DNA of 64,000 nt, from IMG/VR virus record IMGVR_UViG_3300029993_000005, positions 1 through 64,000 of that record; one strand, 5' to 3'. A program made the position numbers and the translations under genes. Below the pieces are notes generated by a model, which saw only the letters and a list, made by a program, of their open reading frames with translations, did not search any database and was not told the DNA's origin. Of this stretch, positions 43,316-52,888 are shown piece by piece. Position 1 is the stretch's first letter; each line of letters opens with the position of its first letter.

Positions 43316-44314
43316 TTAATCATCGGTATCAAACAAATCTTCTTCGGTATCATCGCTATCATCGCCGGAATCCGAATCATCGTCATCGTACTCCGAATCC
43401 GAGTCCTCGTCGTTATCAGAATCGTCATTGTCAGAGTCATCGTAATCTTGATCTTCGTCATCGTCCGGCGCTAGTTCATCGTCATCCGAGCTATCGTCGT
43501 CATCGTCATCCGAGGACACATCCAGTTCATCTTCGTCATCGGCGGTATCATCCGAATCGTCGTCTGAGTAATCATCAGCGTCATCCGAATCGTCGTTGTC
43601 TAAATCGACCTGATCTTCGTCGTCGCTGTCATCCGAGTCATCGTCCTCACTATCCGAATCCTGATTCTGTTCGTCATCCGCAGCTGCTGCAACACCGCTG
43701 ACGAACACATAATTAGGATCCAGGGCAATTACCGGTCCTGCCTTTGTGACGTAGATGAAAATACCGTCTTGCAATTGCACATCGTCAATCGTACCCACTT
43801 GTTGCAAAATTTCGTGATAGATCAGGTTGCCGACAACTGCCTTTACCGTTGAGCGCGGAATAACCAATCCACCGGCACCGAAGTACGCAACTTTTGAAGG
43901 CTTGCCCGAGGCTACAGTAGTCGTAATCACCCGGATAAACACTTGAGAACCCGTTTTAAGGGCCTCAGCTACAACAGACTGGGTGCTAGCCTTCGGACGA
44001 CCAGGCTTAGCCTTTGGCGTGGACTGGGCTTGGGCCTGTGCCTGACGTGCGGCCTTGGCACCAGGCTTCGGACCACGACGCTTGACTTCAGGTTCCGGCT
44101 GGGCCTTCGGACGCCCTGGTTTAGCTTTGGCCTTATTGGCCTGAGCCTTACGCGCTGCCAGCGCATCTGCTTTTTCTTGAGCCAGGGCTTCGGCCTTGCG
44201 CTTAGCCAGAACTGCAGGGTTCACTTTCTTCTGGACCTGCTCTTGAGGTTTCGGGCCTCGGCGTTGTTGCTGTTGTTGAGCCGCAGGACGTCCGACTTTT
44301 TTCTGAATTGCCAT
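43316..44314 (-). CDS. basic AT-hook-like N-terminus plus very long Asp-rich C-terminal tail
   Basis: VGRP, KPGRPK x2, RRGPK x2; C-terminal third almost only D/E/S. Confidence 0.85.
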   Translation of the reverse strand: MAIQKKVGRPAAQQQQQRRGPKPQEQVQKKVNPAVLAKRKAEALAQEKADALAARKAQANKAKAKPGRPKAQPEPEVKRRGPKPGAKAARQAQAQAQSTPKAKPGRPKASTQSVVAEALKTGSQVFIRVITTTVASGKPSKVAYFGAGGLVIPRSTVKAVVGNLIYHEILQQVGTIDDVQLQDGIFIYVTKAGPVIALDPNYVFVSGVAAAADDEQNQDSDSEDDDSDDSDDEDQVDLDNDDSDDADDYSDDDSDDTADDEDELDVSSDDDDDDSSDDDELAPDDDEDQDYDDSDNDDSDNDEDSDSEYDDDDSDSGDDSDDTEEDLFDTDD

Positions 44315-44404
44315 TTTTGAAATCCTTTGTTTAACGCGTTAATTAATTAGTTATAACTAGTTGGTGTTGTGACGGACACCCACATAAACCGTTTCTTCAC
44401 TTCT

Positions 44405-44413
44405 TATTTACTA
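44405..44413 (-). promoter_or_regulatory. TAGTAAATA motif
   Basis: Intergenic, upstream of 44314. Confidence 0.55.
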
Positions 44414-44418
44414 GGGTC

Positions 44419-45036
44419 TTAATTTTCGAACAGACTTTCCCCTTGAGCTATTAGTTCAGTCTCGTAGGCTCTTGCAATGATATGCAGATCGTCAGGTGTT
44501 ACTTGCTCGTTGACCAACATATAGTCCAAGGTCTCCAAGGCTGATGCCTTTTGGTTCTCTTTGATTTCTTTCTGTTTGAGAGACCCTAAATGTTTAAGCA
44601 CCAACGCTAATTGAGACTTAGACAAAATACCTAACATAGGCAATACGCTGTGCAGTCTGCGTGTGATAAGTGCCGTGGACTTGAATTGAAACGAGATCAA
44701 ACCTGAGTCCTCATTTCGTACTTCTTTTACGTTGGTGTCTGTCCTACGAAGATTATAGCTGGGTACCAAGATCGGGGCTTTTGATTCAACTAATCCGTTT
44801 AATGTTGGCTTTGTTGATCCTTCTACTAAGGGAAACACAAATAAGGTACCGTCGTCACTGATCGTATAACCTGGGGTCAATGTCTGTTTCTGTGTCTTGC
44901 GATTAGCCTCCAAGGACGCAAGCTGGAGTTCATGAACTTCAAATTCCTGGTCTTTTCCGAACTCCAACACTTTTGGTATAAAAACAAGGCTAGTGAACCG
45001 TTCAACTTTGGCTGTCATGGCTGTATGGAACCTCAA
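44419..45036 (-). CDS. hypothetical protein
   Basis: 205-aa ORF; ATG 45018 is an alternative start. Confidence 0.75.
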   Translation of the reverse strand: MRFHTAMTAKVERFTSLVFIPKVLEFGKDQEFEVHELQLASLEANRKTQKQTLTPGYTISDDGTLFVFPLVEGSTKPTLNGLVESKAPILVPSYNLRRTDTNVKEVRNEDSGLISFQFKSTALITRRLHSVLPMLGILSKSQLALVLKHLGSLKQKEIKENQKASALETLDYMLVNEQVTPDDLHIIARAYETELIAQGESLFEN

Positions 45037-45053
45037 AGGGTGTTGTTGACATG

Positions 45054-45062
45054 TATTTACTA
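45054..45062 (-). promoter_or_regulatory. TAGTAAATA motif
   Basis: Intergenic, upstream of 45036. Confidence 0.55.
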
Positions 45063-45092
45063 GCTTGAAATTAAAAGCTCACAACTAGCTAT

Positions 45093-45863
45093 TTACTCTG
45101 CTTCTTGAGTCTCAGCATTTTGTCCGCGTGTGCGCTTCGGTGGCATCAATACGTCCTTGAATGCAGCGGGCAACGTGCGCGAGGACTTACGGAAAGAGCG
45201 ATAAACCGGATCACTTTTTTCCAGGTCAACAATGACGGGACGTCCCGTTTTTTCATTCTTCGTGATTTGCTGAATGTACTTGAAGAGCACAGACAATGAA
45301 CCATCAGCGGCCTTGCGGTTGACGCGCAGGATCAGACGAAATACGGTGTTGGCAGGAAGTCGCATTGCGCCCTTGACCTCGGTACGACCTTTAATTTGAG
45401 TTGGAAATTTCTTGTCATTGGTTGCCTTGAACAAAGGTCCCGAGATACGAGCCATCAAGCCATTCAATGTACGTGGATCATAGGATCCCAAATCTGCTTT
45501 CTTGTTGTCCGCTGCGTTGACATCATAACGACCTTGATAGCGAATGGCGCGAACGGCGTTACCCAAGAGTCCATCTTTTTCGGTACGGACCGTGACTTCA
45601 AGAAAATGCGGTTTGAAATCCGCTGGTGCCTGGAACGTAGGTAGTCCTTTGCGGGCCACTGTTTTTGCTGCAGGCTTAGCCTTTGTTTTTTGGTTTGTTG
45701 ATGTGGTGGCGTGGGCTTGGATGGGTGCTGATGTCGGACTTTTGGATTTCAGCTTTGGACTTGAACTTGATGACTTTGTGGATGAGCTACTGGCTACTTT
45801 CTTTTGTGTCGGTGCTGGGTGCTGGGTGGAAGCTTGATTCTTCGCTACTTTCTTGTTGATCAT
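45093..45863 (-). CDS. basic protein with Ser/Lys-rich disordered N-terminus
   Basis: 256-aa ORF, CAGGAAA RBS. Confidence 0.8.
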   Translation of the reverse strand: MINKKVAKNQASTQHPAPTQKKVASSSSTKSSSSSPKLKSKSPTSAPIQAHATTSTNQKTKAKPAAKTVARKGLPTFQAPADFKPHFLEVTVRTEKDGLLGNAVRAIRYQGRYDVNAADNKKADLGSYDPRTLNGLMARISGPLFKATNDKKFPTQIKGRTEVKGAMRLPANTVFRLILRVNRKAADGSLSVLFKYIQQITKNEKTGRPVIVDLEKSDPVYRSFRKSSRTLPAAFKDVLMPPKRTRGQNAETQEAE

Positions 45864-46548
45864 GGTTATTTCCTGTTGTGTTTGAAACTGTCAATAGTGA
45901 ATGAAGCTCTGCATTTAAAGTTACGATCAGTTCCAGCAATCTGGTTTGAGCCAGAATAGATGCTCCTTTGTGATCCCCTTTCATGTGCAATCTGCAGATT
46001 TCAAATTCCGGTGTTGTCTGCAGAATTTTGGTGCTCACTTGCGGACGATCTACTTCTTGCTGCATATACAATAGGCCGTCTCTACAGCGCCAGAACGGAT
46101 TGTCAACTTTCAACGTAATATACAGCTCTTGGAGGAAAGTTAAATCCTTGAGTCTGTATGCTGCATTTACTAGCTGAAATAATTCAGGGTCTCCACCCCT
46201 ATCTGGATGCACTAAAGAAGCAACCATTCGATACGCAGCTTGTACCAAATGAGATTCCGCGTTGTATAGCTGCTCGGTGCCAAAACTAATGTATCCAGCA
46301 GTTGTTATAGCGTCCTGTGCAATTGTTTGTGGCGTGCCTTTGGTTGCGAGTCGGATTTCACGGCGCAATCGAATGACTGTTTTTGCTTCGGGTAGGGCAT
46401 CAAAATATAAATTGGCGAATTTCAGGACCTGTGTATGGAGCTTGTAGTATTTCTGACGATTGGCCTCCATCCTTGATTTTAGAATTCGATAATGATGAAG
46501 CTTAGCCAAGTCAATTGATGATCGTTCATAAACAGTTAATTGTCCCAT
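45787..46548 (-). CDS. J-domain (DnaJ-like) protein
   Basis: AYRMVASLVHPDRGGDPELFQLVNAAY with intact HPD. Confidence 0.8.
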   Translation of the reverse strand: MGQLTVYERSSIDLAKLHHYRILKSRMEANRQKYYKLHTQVLKFANLYFDALPEAKTVIRLRREIRLATKGTPQTIAQDAITTAGYISFGTEQLYNAESHLVQAAYRMVASLVHPDRGGDPELFQLVNAAYRLKDLTFLQELYITLKVDNPFWRCRDGLLYMQQEVDRPQVSTKILQTTPEFEICRLHMKGDHKGASILAQTRLLELIVTLNAELHSLLTVSNTTGNNHDQQESSEESSFHPAPSTDTKESSQ

Positions 46549-46907
46549 GACTTTTCCGAAATTTCAGCGTAAGCACCGCAGCCATGGGCCTGAATTTCGT
46601 AGATGCGGATGACAAAGAATTCGCGATTCGGTGGTGCCTCTTCCAAGAACACAATAATACCTAGGTGACCTGTGCTCAGTACAGATTCCCAATTGTTGGA
46701 ATTCTTGTTGAACCGCGAAGCCGTAACCCAGTTATCATTTGTTACGTCATAAGCAATACGACACAGGTAGTTTCGACCATCAGTAGACAAGGTGATGTCG
46801 TCTGAGCTCAACGTAACTTCCGTACCTAGTTGCGGTACATTCTTGAACTTAGGAATCGGCGGCTTAACGAAAGGTTTTTCTTGCGTGTTCGTGTTTGAGG
46901 TGGTCAT
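46536..46907 (-). CDS. hypothetical protein
   Basis: 123-aa ORF. Confidence 0.7.
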   Translation of the reverse strand: MTTSNTNTQEKPFVKPPIPKFKNVPQLGTEVTLSSDDITLSTDGRNYLCRIAYDVTNDNWVTASRFNKNSNNWESVLSTGHLGIIVFLEEAPPNREFFVIRIYEIQAHGCGAYAEISEKSWDN

Positions 46908-46949
46908 TTTAGTGTCTGGTATTTTGGTACTGATTAAATTCTATTTAGG

Positions 46950-47288
46950 CTAGGCTAGCACACCACGGGCTGGCGGCTTCAACAATCGTGCTTGATCCGA
47001 CGAAGCTTCGATGAATGCTTTTATTTCTGAGGGCTGGCGAACAACGGGCAGGCACTCAGGCAGATTGTCCGCGATCCACATATCGGCTTCGCCCTTAGTC
47101 TTGAAACTGTCGATAGCCGGACGCTTTTGAATTTCTACACCGAATTCATCCTGCACTGAAATGCTACGTGTTTTTGAGCGCAGGGCAGTCCATTCTTTGT
47201 GCCCTGGATTCTTGATGAGAACCACCCAGTGCGGACTATGATATTCGATACAGACTTCAAGTTTCGGACTTTTCTGTGCACGCCACAT
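46950..47288 (-). CDS. hypothetical protein
   Basis: 112-aa ORF, AAAGGA RBS. Confidence 0.7.
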   Translation of the reverse strand: MWRAQKSPKLEVCIEYHSPHWVVLIKNPGHKEWTALRSKTRSISVQDEFGVEIQKRPAIDSFKTKGEADMWIADNLPECLPVVRQPSEIKAFIEASSDQARLLKPPARGVLA

Positions 47289-47301
47289 AAACTGTATCCT
47301 T

Positions 47302-47310
47302 TATTTACTA
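47302..47310 (-). promoter_or_regulatory. TAGTAAATA motif
   Basis: Intergenic, upstream of 47288. Confidence 0.55.
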
Positions 47311-47362
47311 GGCTAAAAATGGTGATTGGGTGAAAGCTGTAATTAGTGTTGTTTTTGTCTAT

Positions 47363-47845
47363 TTACCGGGCTTGAATTTCTGCTCCTGCCTGGTCCAATA
47401 ATTGAAACAACCCGTCACGACACTTTAAAGCTCTTCCTTGCGAGTCAGTGGTACTCTTACGATCAACTGATCTATAATAATCAAATAATAAATCAAGATC
47501 AGCACCAACAGGGATCCTTTCGCGTAATTGCACATGGAAGATCTCACGTTCGCCTGCGGGCAGAGCTTCGAACATGGTGTCGTTTAACTCCACAAACCAA
47601 ATAGGCCATCCAGCGCTCTCAGCCACGATTTCATGTAAAAAATCTATATTAGTGTGAAAATTGGGTTTGAGCTCATATGCCATGCATCCAACGCTACAAC
47701 CCTTGAACTTTTGTCCCTTGATTGCAGGGAGAATACCGTAGGTGCCGGACATAAGCATATCCAGCTCGTAGTGCTTCTTGGCTAGATTGACGTGCAGTTC
47801 TTTGACTTTGGGATCGTTGTGATAAGACAGAATCTTGTTGGACAT
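47363..47845 (-). CDS. Family-P paralogue 2
   Basis: ILSYHNDPKVK, HYELD.L.SGTYG, GCSVGC, GWP.W, IPVGADL. Confidence 0.85.
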   Translation of the reverse strand: MSNKILSYHNDPKVKELHVNLAKKHYELDMLMSGTYGILPAIKGQKFKGCSVGCMAYELKPNFHTNIDFLHEIVAESAGWPIWFVELNDTMFEALPAGEREIFHVQLRERIPVGADLDLLFDYYRSVDRKSTTDSQGRALKCRDGLFQLLDQAGAEIQAR

Positions 47846-47888
47846 TTCGGTTTCCTTTTCGTTGGGTTTTTGTTTGGTAACTGCTAAT

Positions 47889-47897
47889 TATTTACTA
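47889..47897 (-). promoter_or_regulatory. TAGTAAATA motif
   Basis: Intergenic, upstream of 47845. Confidence 0.55.
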
Positions 47898-47978
47898 TAC
47901 ACTACTATTTCTCGCAGGCAGCAAAAATGTGTCAAGAACAGTTTTGTTGGGCAGTATAGACCTTTTAAACGTTTGAAT

Positions 47979-48656
47979 TTAGGTTGGTGCCGGAATAGGT
48001 GCTTTAGCCAGCAGGTAAGTAAGCATCAAGGATTCGAACACATAGTAATCAACTTCGGGTTGTCCACGAAATACTTGGGCTGCGCTAACTGTAGCACGGG
48101 ATGAACGTGTTAAGGATTGTACTGCAGACTGAGCCGCTGATTGATAGGACCAAGCCTCAGGATTTGTTTGAGACAACGCTAGTCTAGCATGGGCCGCCGC
48201 TTGTTCACAGGCGTCAATAGCCTCCACTAATTTCGAATATACAGGGTTACCAGTTAGCACCGAATTGCAGTAATCCTTGCACAGTTCAATAGCGGCACGG
48301 GTCTCCTTAGCGTAGTCCTCATCATTGTTGGTCAGGGCCGTCAACGTTTTGTTGGCCCTAACGATTGCCAATTGCCATTCAACTACAGACAGATCGGCAC
48401 CAACGGGAATTGCTTTCAGAGTTTGTACCAAATAGGCCCCTGAGTTGTCAGCCGGTTGTCCATCCAAAATAGCTGACACCAACCGAGCTAGCCACGATGG
48501 GATTCCCAGTTTATTTACTTTTTGCTCGGTAAAGGCTCCACCATACATATTTTGCTGTTGAATTAAACCTATTACTTCACGCACGTAATCAATGTCTGTT
48601 GTCAGTTGAGCAAGGCACTGGGCCTTGACTAAAGGATCACTATTGAAGGCTGGCAT
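47979..48656 (-). CDS. Family-P paralogue 3 (GCxxGC motif absent)
   Basis: AFNSDP..KA, LGIPSWLARL, AIPVGADLS.V.WQLA, NDEDYA. Confidence 0.85.
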   Translation of the reverse strand: MPAFNSDPLVKAQCLAQLTTDIDYVREVIGLIQQQNMYGGAFTEQKVNKLGIPSWLARLVSAILDGQPADNSGAYLVQTLKAIPVGADLSVVEWQLAIVRANKTLTALTNNDEDYAKETRAAIELCKDYCNSVLTGNPVYSKLVEAIDACEQAAAHARLALSQTNPEAWSYQSAAQSAVQSLTRSSRATVSAAQVFRGQPEVDYYVFESLMLTYLLAKAPIPAPT

Positions 48657-48733
48657 TTTGTTTTCCTATTTTCGGTTAGGTTTTGATGTAATAATTTTGT
48701 TAAGACTAGCACAGCACAAAAGATTCAACTAGA

Positions 48734-48979
48734 CTATTGTTGTTGCTTAATTTCATCGCGTTGAAAAATCAAATTACTAATCTGGTCTTGCATATCATCT
48801 GCTTGCTGTTGAAGCTCGTCAACTTGTTCTTGAAGAGCCTCATGTTCTGATTGTAGGTCAATCAGATCATTAGTTTTAGACCCATACTTGTTATCCATAT
48901 AGGTGTGGAAAGCATCGGCTAGCATCATGGCGCAGAAAAACAAAAAGGCGCAAATTATAAGTACGTTGAGACTGTTCAT
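48734..48979 (-). CDS. single-TM plus coiled-coil small protein
   Basis: Hydrophobic N-terminus, heptad-rich C-terminus. Confidence 0.7.
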   Translation of the reverse strand: MNSLNVLIICAFLFFCAMMLADAFHTYMDNKYGSKTNDLIDLQSEHEALQEQVDELQQQADDMQDQISNLIFQRDEIKQQQ

Positions 48980-49125
48980 TTGGACTCGTCCTTAGGAAAT
49001 TTTGTGGACAGCATCTCTTCTAGTTTAATACAATCCTCTAGGTTAGATGTCAGCATCCAATGGTTAAATAGTTTTCTCAGTCTGCCCCGTGTTGTTTTAT
49101 TTGCTTCTGAGTTCGGGGGCCTCAT
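48976..49125 (-). CDS. 49-aa peptide MRPPNSEANKTTRGRLRKLFNHW...
   Basis: Manual translation; stop overlaps the next ATG (ATGA). Confidence 0.5.
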   Translation of the reverse strand: MRPPNSEANKTTRGRLRKLFNHWMLTSNLEDCIKLEEMLSTKFPKDESK

Positions 49126-49152
49126 TCTCAGGGTATTGTTTCGACGCAGCCC

Positions 49153-49746
49153 TTATTTATCGTGGGCAATAGCGATGGCTTCAATCTCAGAAATGGCTTC
49201 ACGTAGAGCCTGCACATATGAATAACAGGCAACGCGGTCAAACGAGAAGTACGAAGACGAACGAATTTCTGGGGAAGTCTGCCGCTTACTTACGTTCAGA
49301 CAAGCGTGTGGGTTACCAAGCTGGGTTACTACGTTTATAGACAATGTGTATTCTTCCAGCTTATGGACGATCCAATCGATCAAGCCTGCCTCAACCTTGA
49401 CAACAGGTTGACCGAACGGCCGTTCAGTGTTCGCCATCCGGGTCACAGGAAATCCCTGTTCAATGTTTATACCACGAGAATTGAGGGCCATCGTCAAGTA
49501 AGCTGAAAATTCAATAACCGACATTTTGGCGACTGCACGCTTGCCGATCAGGGTATTGGCGTATCGGGTGTAAAGGACGGCACATAATTCCTTGACCTCT
49601 TTTATGGTCAGATGACTGCCGATCAATTCGTTAGTACCAATACGGTTTGTATCTGCAGATACCTCGCCTTTACGATTGTTGACGATGACGCGCATGTTGT
49701 TCAACACATTAAACTGGATCAATTCAAATTTCTGTTCGAAATTCAT
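49153..49746 (-). CDS. hypothetical protein
   Basis: 197-aa ORF. Confidence 0.75.
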   Translation of the reverse strand: MNFEQKFELIQFNVLNNMRVIVNNRKGEVSADTNRIGTNELIGSHLTIKEVKELCAVLYTRYANTLIGKRAVAKMSVIEFSAYLTMALNSRGINIEQGFPVTRMANTERPFGQPVVKVEAGLIDWIVHKLEEYTLSINVVTQLGNPHACLNVSKRQTSPEIRSSSYFSFDRVACYSYVQALREAISEIEAIAIAHDK

Positions 49747-49832
49747 TTGCTTTCTCTTCTTGGTTGTAAGAGGGTTAGACCGGCTTGGCCCTAGCGGTGT
49801 TGTCTGTGAACTCTATTTCAAATGTCCATTAG

Positions 49833-50708
49833 TTACGAAATGTTGAAGCCAGCCAGTGTCTTGGCACGCACACGTTCACCGAGATCGCGATTTTCAAAAC
49901 GTTGTGCACGGATGCTGGGTGGTGCACCAAAAAATCCCTGTGCTACGTTGAAGCCATCGGCTACACCCGCTTTGACAGCCGCTAGGATGTCATCCTTAGT
50001 CCAGGAAAAATTCTGTGTACTGGGGTTGCGAACCTCGCGAACTCGATCAAGCATGAAATCAAACTTGATTTCCTCCTCTAAGGAATAGAAGGTAACGGGT
50101 AGGTGGCGGTAATGATTGTATATGACACCACGTTTCACTAGATGCATATCGATGTCACGGTGCATTTGGCTGAAGGCCCGACCCTCAGGAGTATAAGCAC
50201 CAACGTCATAGCAATAGCCACGATCATCGCGTTCCATATAATACTGGATAGACTGGATAACCCAAGTGTAGGTTAAACGTTCCTTAGCAGTCTGCTGTTG
50301 AACCCAAACTTCGTCACCTTCCCAAAATTTGGTATCAGGTAATGGTCCGACGTAAGAACGGTTCACGAGTTTATTTTGCAAATCGTTGTAATTGTCCTCC
50401 TTAAGAAGACTGGCATATTCTTCTTGGTAGCGACGGTCGTCTTCTTGTTTGTCTATCAGACAGATAGAGTAACCATCACTGTTTTCAGTGACGCCGTTGT
50501 CCCAAGACACCACGGCTACCCCGTCTTGTTCATACACGCCTTGTTCGCGACACAGATAACCAATGCGTTCTCGATATGACAGAATACGCGTCTTGGATAG
50601 TATGGTGCCCTCTGTGCCATCGGCTACGCCCCGGCGACCCCAGACACGAGCCTCGTTATCCATTTGCATTACGACGCGATCACCGACACGAAGTTGTGAA
50701 CTTAACAT
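49833..50708 (-). CDS. hypothetical with SH3-like segments
   Basis: LRVGDRV...GTEGTI; FWEGDEV. Confidence 0.75.
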   Translation of the reverse strand: MLSSQLRVGDRVVMQMDNEARVWGRRGVADGTEGTILSKTRILSYRERIGYLCREQGVYEQDGVAVVSWDNGVTENSDGYSICLIDKQEDDRRYQEEYASLLKEDNYNDLQNKLVNRSYVGPLPDTKFWEGDEVWVQQQTAKERLTYTWVIQSIQYYMERDDRGYCYDVGAYTPEGRAFSQMHRDIDMHLVKRGVIYNHYRHLPVTFYSLEEEIKFDFMLDRVREVRNPSTQNFSWTKDDILAAVKAGVADGFNVAQGFFGAPPSIRAQRFENRDLGERVRAKTLAGFNIS

Positions 50709-50723
50709 TTGATTAACTCCAAA

Positions 50724-51617
50724 TTAGGAAATGAGGCGCATGAGGCGCTTCAAGTCGAGTAAGGCTTTCAGGGTTGCGGCGGTGAAAGACTCGGTATCCT
50801 CAGATGCGTATATACAGCGCTTGCTGGCGCGACCTTTGGCGAAGGTCTGCACATACATACACATACCGTACTCGAGACCTACCAAGTCGCGCTTGATCGA
50901 GATCTGAGGATTGAGCTCAGCTACTAGCCGCATAATTTCTGACAGGTTCGCAGCGGTCCCCGTAGGTTCAGGCTTTTCGAAATCCTCGATTGCGAGGTGC
51001 AACGCACGTACATAATCAGCTGTGACCGAAGGTTCATACAGAACCCAAAGCTTGGGTTCGCTGCCGAAGGTGTGGACGCCTAGGTAATGTCCATCGTCTT
51101 CCTTTATGGATACAGCCAATCCGTTGTGCGCCAGTCTATGGATCAAGCTGGTTTGATCGAGGTGCTCGTCGGTCGGGTCAACGGCTTTGTCGTTCGTAGG
51201 TTCGTCTTCGGAAGACTTGCCCAACGACTCGCGCGTGGCTTTCTGATTTGCGACGGCCAAACGTACCGAACGTTCAACTTTGCTAAGTCCCTCCTCACCG
51301 TGGATGGCGAGAATCTCGTAGAAGACCAGAAGCAATTGCTGTACGAATTCCTCGCCGGTCTTGGACCGGTAGCCTTTAAATGTAGTGAACGGGACCCGCA
51401 GGGCGGAAGTCAGGAACCGAATAAAGAACGAATGGTCTTCTATGCAACGAACAAATCCTTTGAGCTCAAACTGCAAATCACATTCGGTGTACACTATGAA
51501 TTCGGTATGAGTACGCTTAGCTTGTCTTAAGCTTAAGCAGTTTAGGGCAGTCAAAACCAGGCTACAAACCAGGCTACGGATGAGGTTGGTGTCTTCTGTT
51601 AAGTTGCGTGAGGTCAT
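50724..51617 (-). CDS. hypothetical protein
   Basis: 297-aa ORF. Confidence 0.7.
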   Translation of the reverse strand: MTSRNLTEDTNLIRSLVCSLVLTALNCLSLRQAKRTHTEFIVYTECDLQFELKGFVRCIEDHSFFIRFLTSALRVPFTTFKGYRSKTGEEFVQQLLLVFYEILAIHGEEGLSKVERSVRLAVANQKATRESLGKSSEDEPTNDKAVDPTDEHLDQTSLIHRLAHNGLAVSIKEDDGHYLGVHTFGSEPKLWVLYEPSVTADYVRALHLAIEDFEKPEPTGTAANLSEIMRLVAELNPQISIKRDLVGLEYGMCMYVQTFAKGRASKRCIYASEDTESFTAATLKALLDLKRLMRLIS

Positions 51618-51647
51618 GTTATGAAGTCCTGTCTTTGATTGTTGTGG

Positions 51648-51959
51648 TTACGCGGGAGCGCCGTTTACCATCCAACGGGCACAGAGGATACGGTCGTCAT
51701 GTAGCAACGATATACGAGCATTGACCGGAAAGACAAATTCAGGGCGGTTGCGAACCAAGGCCCCATACAGGGGGATCGAAGGCTGCGCCAATGCAGCGGC
51801 CATACTTTCGGACACAACCGGTTTGGAGTCGGCAGAAGCCAGTGTTAGGTACACACATTTTTGTGTGGATTCGACCACGCGTCGAGCCTTTTGTTGGTCG
51901 ATCGCACAGAAGCTACAGACATTAACATATGCGTGTTGGTGCGTTGAGCAGAACGGCAT
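51648..51959 (-). CDS. hypothetical with N-terminal C..H....C..C motif
   Basis: Start moved to ATG 51959 behind CCCAACGAAAAGGAAG. Confidence 0.7.
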   Translation of the reverse strand: MPFCSTHQHAYVNVCSFCAIDQQKARRVVESTQKCVYLTLASADSKPVVSESMAAALAQPSIPLYGALVRNRPEFVFPVNARISLLHDDRILCARWMVNGAPA

Positions 51960-51993
51960 GGTCTCTTCCTTTTCGTTGGGGTGCGGTTCATGA

Positions 51994-52395
51994 CTATGAA
52001 TAATAGTTCTCAGTGCGTGATAGGTAATCCACGAATTTTTCGGGGCCAGCGGCACGTGCTTTCACAAAAGCTGGATAGTCCTGTAGATGCTGCAATACAT
52101 GAAGAAGATCTTGAATAGTACTGCCGTAGCTATCGGAGATAATATAAGTATGATCGTCATATTTGCCCAAACCCAGTTCCCAACGTTCATCTTTGGTGGC
52201 GGTGTATAACAATTCGCCTCGAAACATCGGTTCTGAGTAGTCCACATTATCGTCCAGCTTGTCTGTGAGGGTTAGAGTTAGGCGGGACTCTGCGTGTTCG
52301 ATAGTTATTTTGTTTGCATTGTCCTTACGCTCAATAGTTAGACCCCATGCTTTTGCGAACTCTCTGAATACTATTGACGGTTTGTTGATTTTCAT
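51994..52395 (-). CDS. hypothetical protein
   Basis: First gene after the promoter at 52430. Confidence 0.75.
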   Translation of the reverse strand: MKINKPSIVFREFAKAWGLTIERKDNANKITIEHAESRLTLTLTDKLDDNVDYSEPMFRGELLYTATKDERWELGLGKYDDHTYIISDSYGSTIQDLLHVLQHLQDYPAFVKARAAGPEKFVDYLSRTENYYS

Positions 52396-52429
52396 TTTGA
52401 TTTCCTTTTCGTTAGGACCTAGTCACTAC

Positions 52430-52459
52430 ACTATAATTTATATTGCAGCTGGTGCCAAC
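52430..52459 (-). promoter_or_regulatory. Class-A promoter (TTGGCA-17-TATAGT)
   Basis: -35 at 52453-52458, -10 at 52430-52435. Confidence 0.75.
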
Positions 52460-52559
52460 CTTTATTTTACAAATCCAATGACATCAGCCAGTAACTGAGC
52501 CAAAAAATGAAGGGCATCTAACTTAGACAGCTCGGTATGAGTTGGGCTTAAACTCACGT

Positions 52560-52886
52560 TCACGCTTGTGCGTAACGCACTTTAACTTCAATCCACTCTT
52601 CAGTTTTGACCGGCGGTTGTTCTTGAATGTCCTCGAAATGGGCACGTACTAAATCTTCGTCTAGGATTTGGTTCGAACGGTCCTTGAATTCGAGTTCCAT
52701 CAAATAACCTTCATCACCATTGAACTGGAAATTCTGACCTTTAGCCTTATCGTACACGAACTGTTCCAAGCTCTCGATTTCGGTCTTGATATCTTTAAGC
52801 TGGGCTACTAAGGCCGCTCTCTTGACGCGTAGACTATATAATTCGTTGGCACGTTCACGTATCGTTTTGTTGTTAATGAACTTCAT
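52560..52886 (-). CDS. coiled-coil protein (Gam/Gp157-like layout)
   Basis: N-terminal heptads followed by a short beta-rich domain. Confidence 0.6.
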   Translation of the reverse strand: MKFINNKTIRERANELYSLRVKRAALVAQLKDIKTEIESLEQFVYDKAKGQNFQFNGDEGYLMELEFKDRSNQILDEDLVRAHFEDIQEQPPVKTEEWIEVKVRYAQA

Positions 52887-52888
52887 AA

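Noticed and set aside
48020-48045. GGATTCGAAC T-loop-like string as a second tRNA
   Set aside because: No flanking T stem or acceptor pairing; lies inside a CDS
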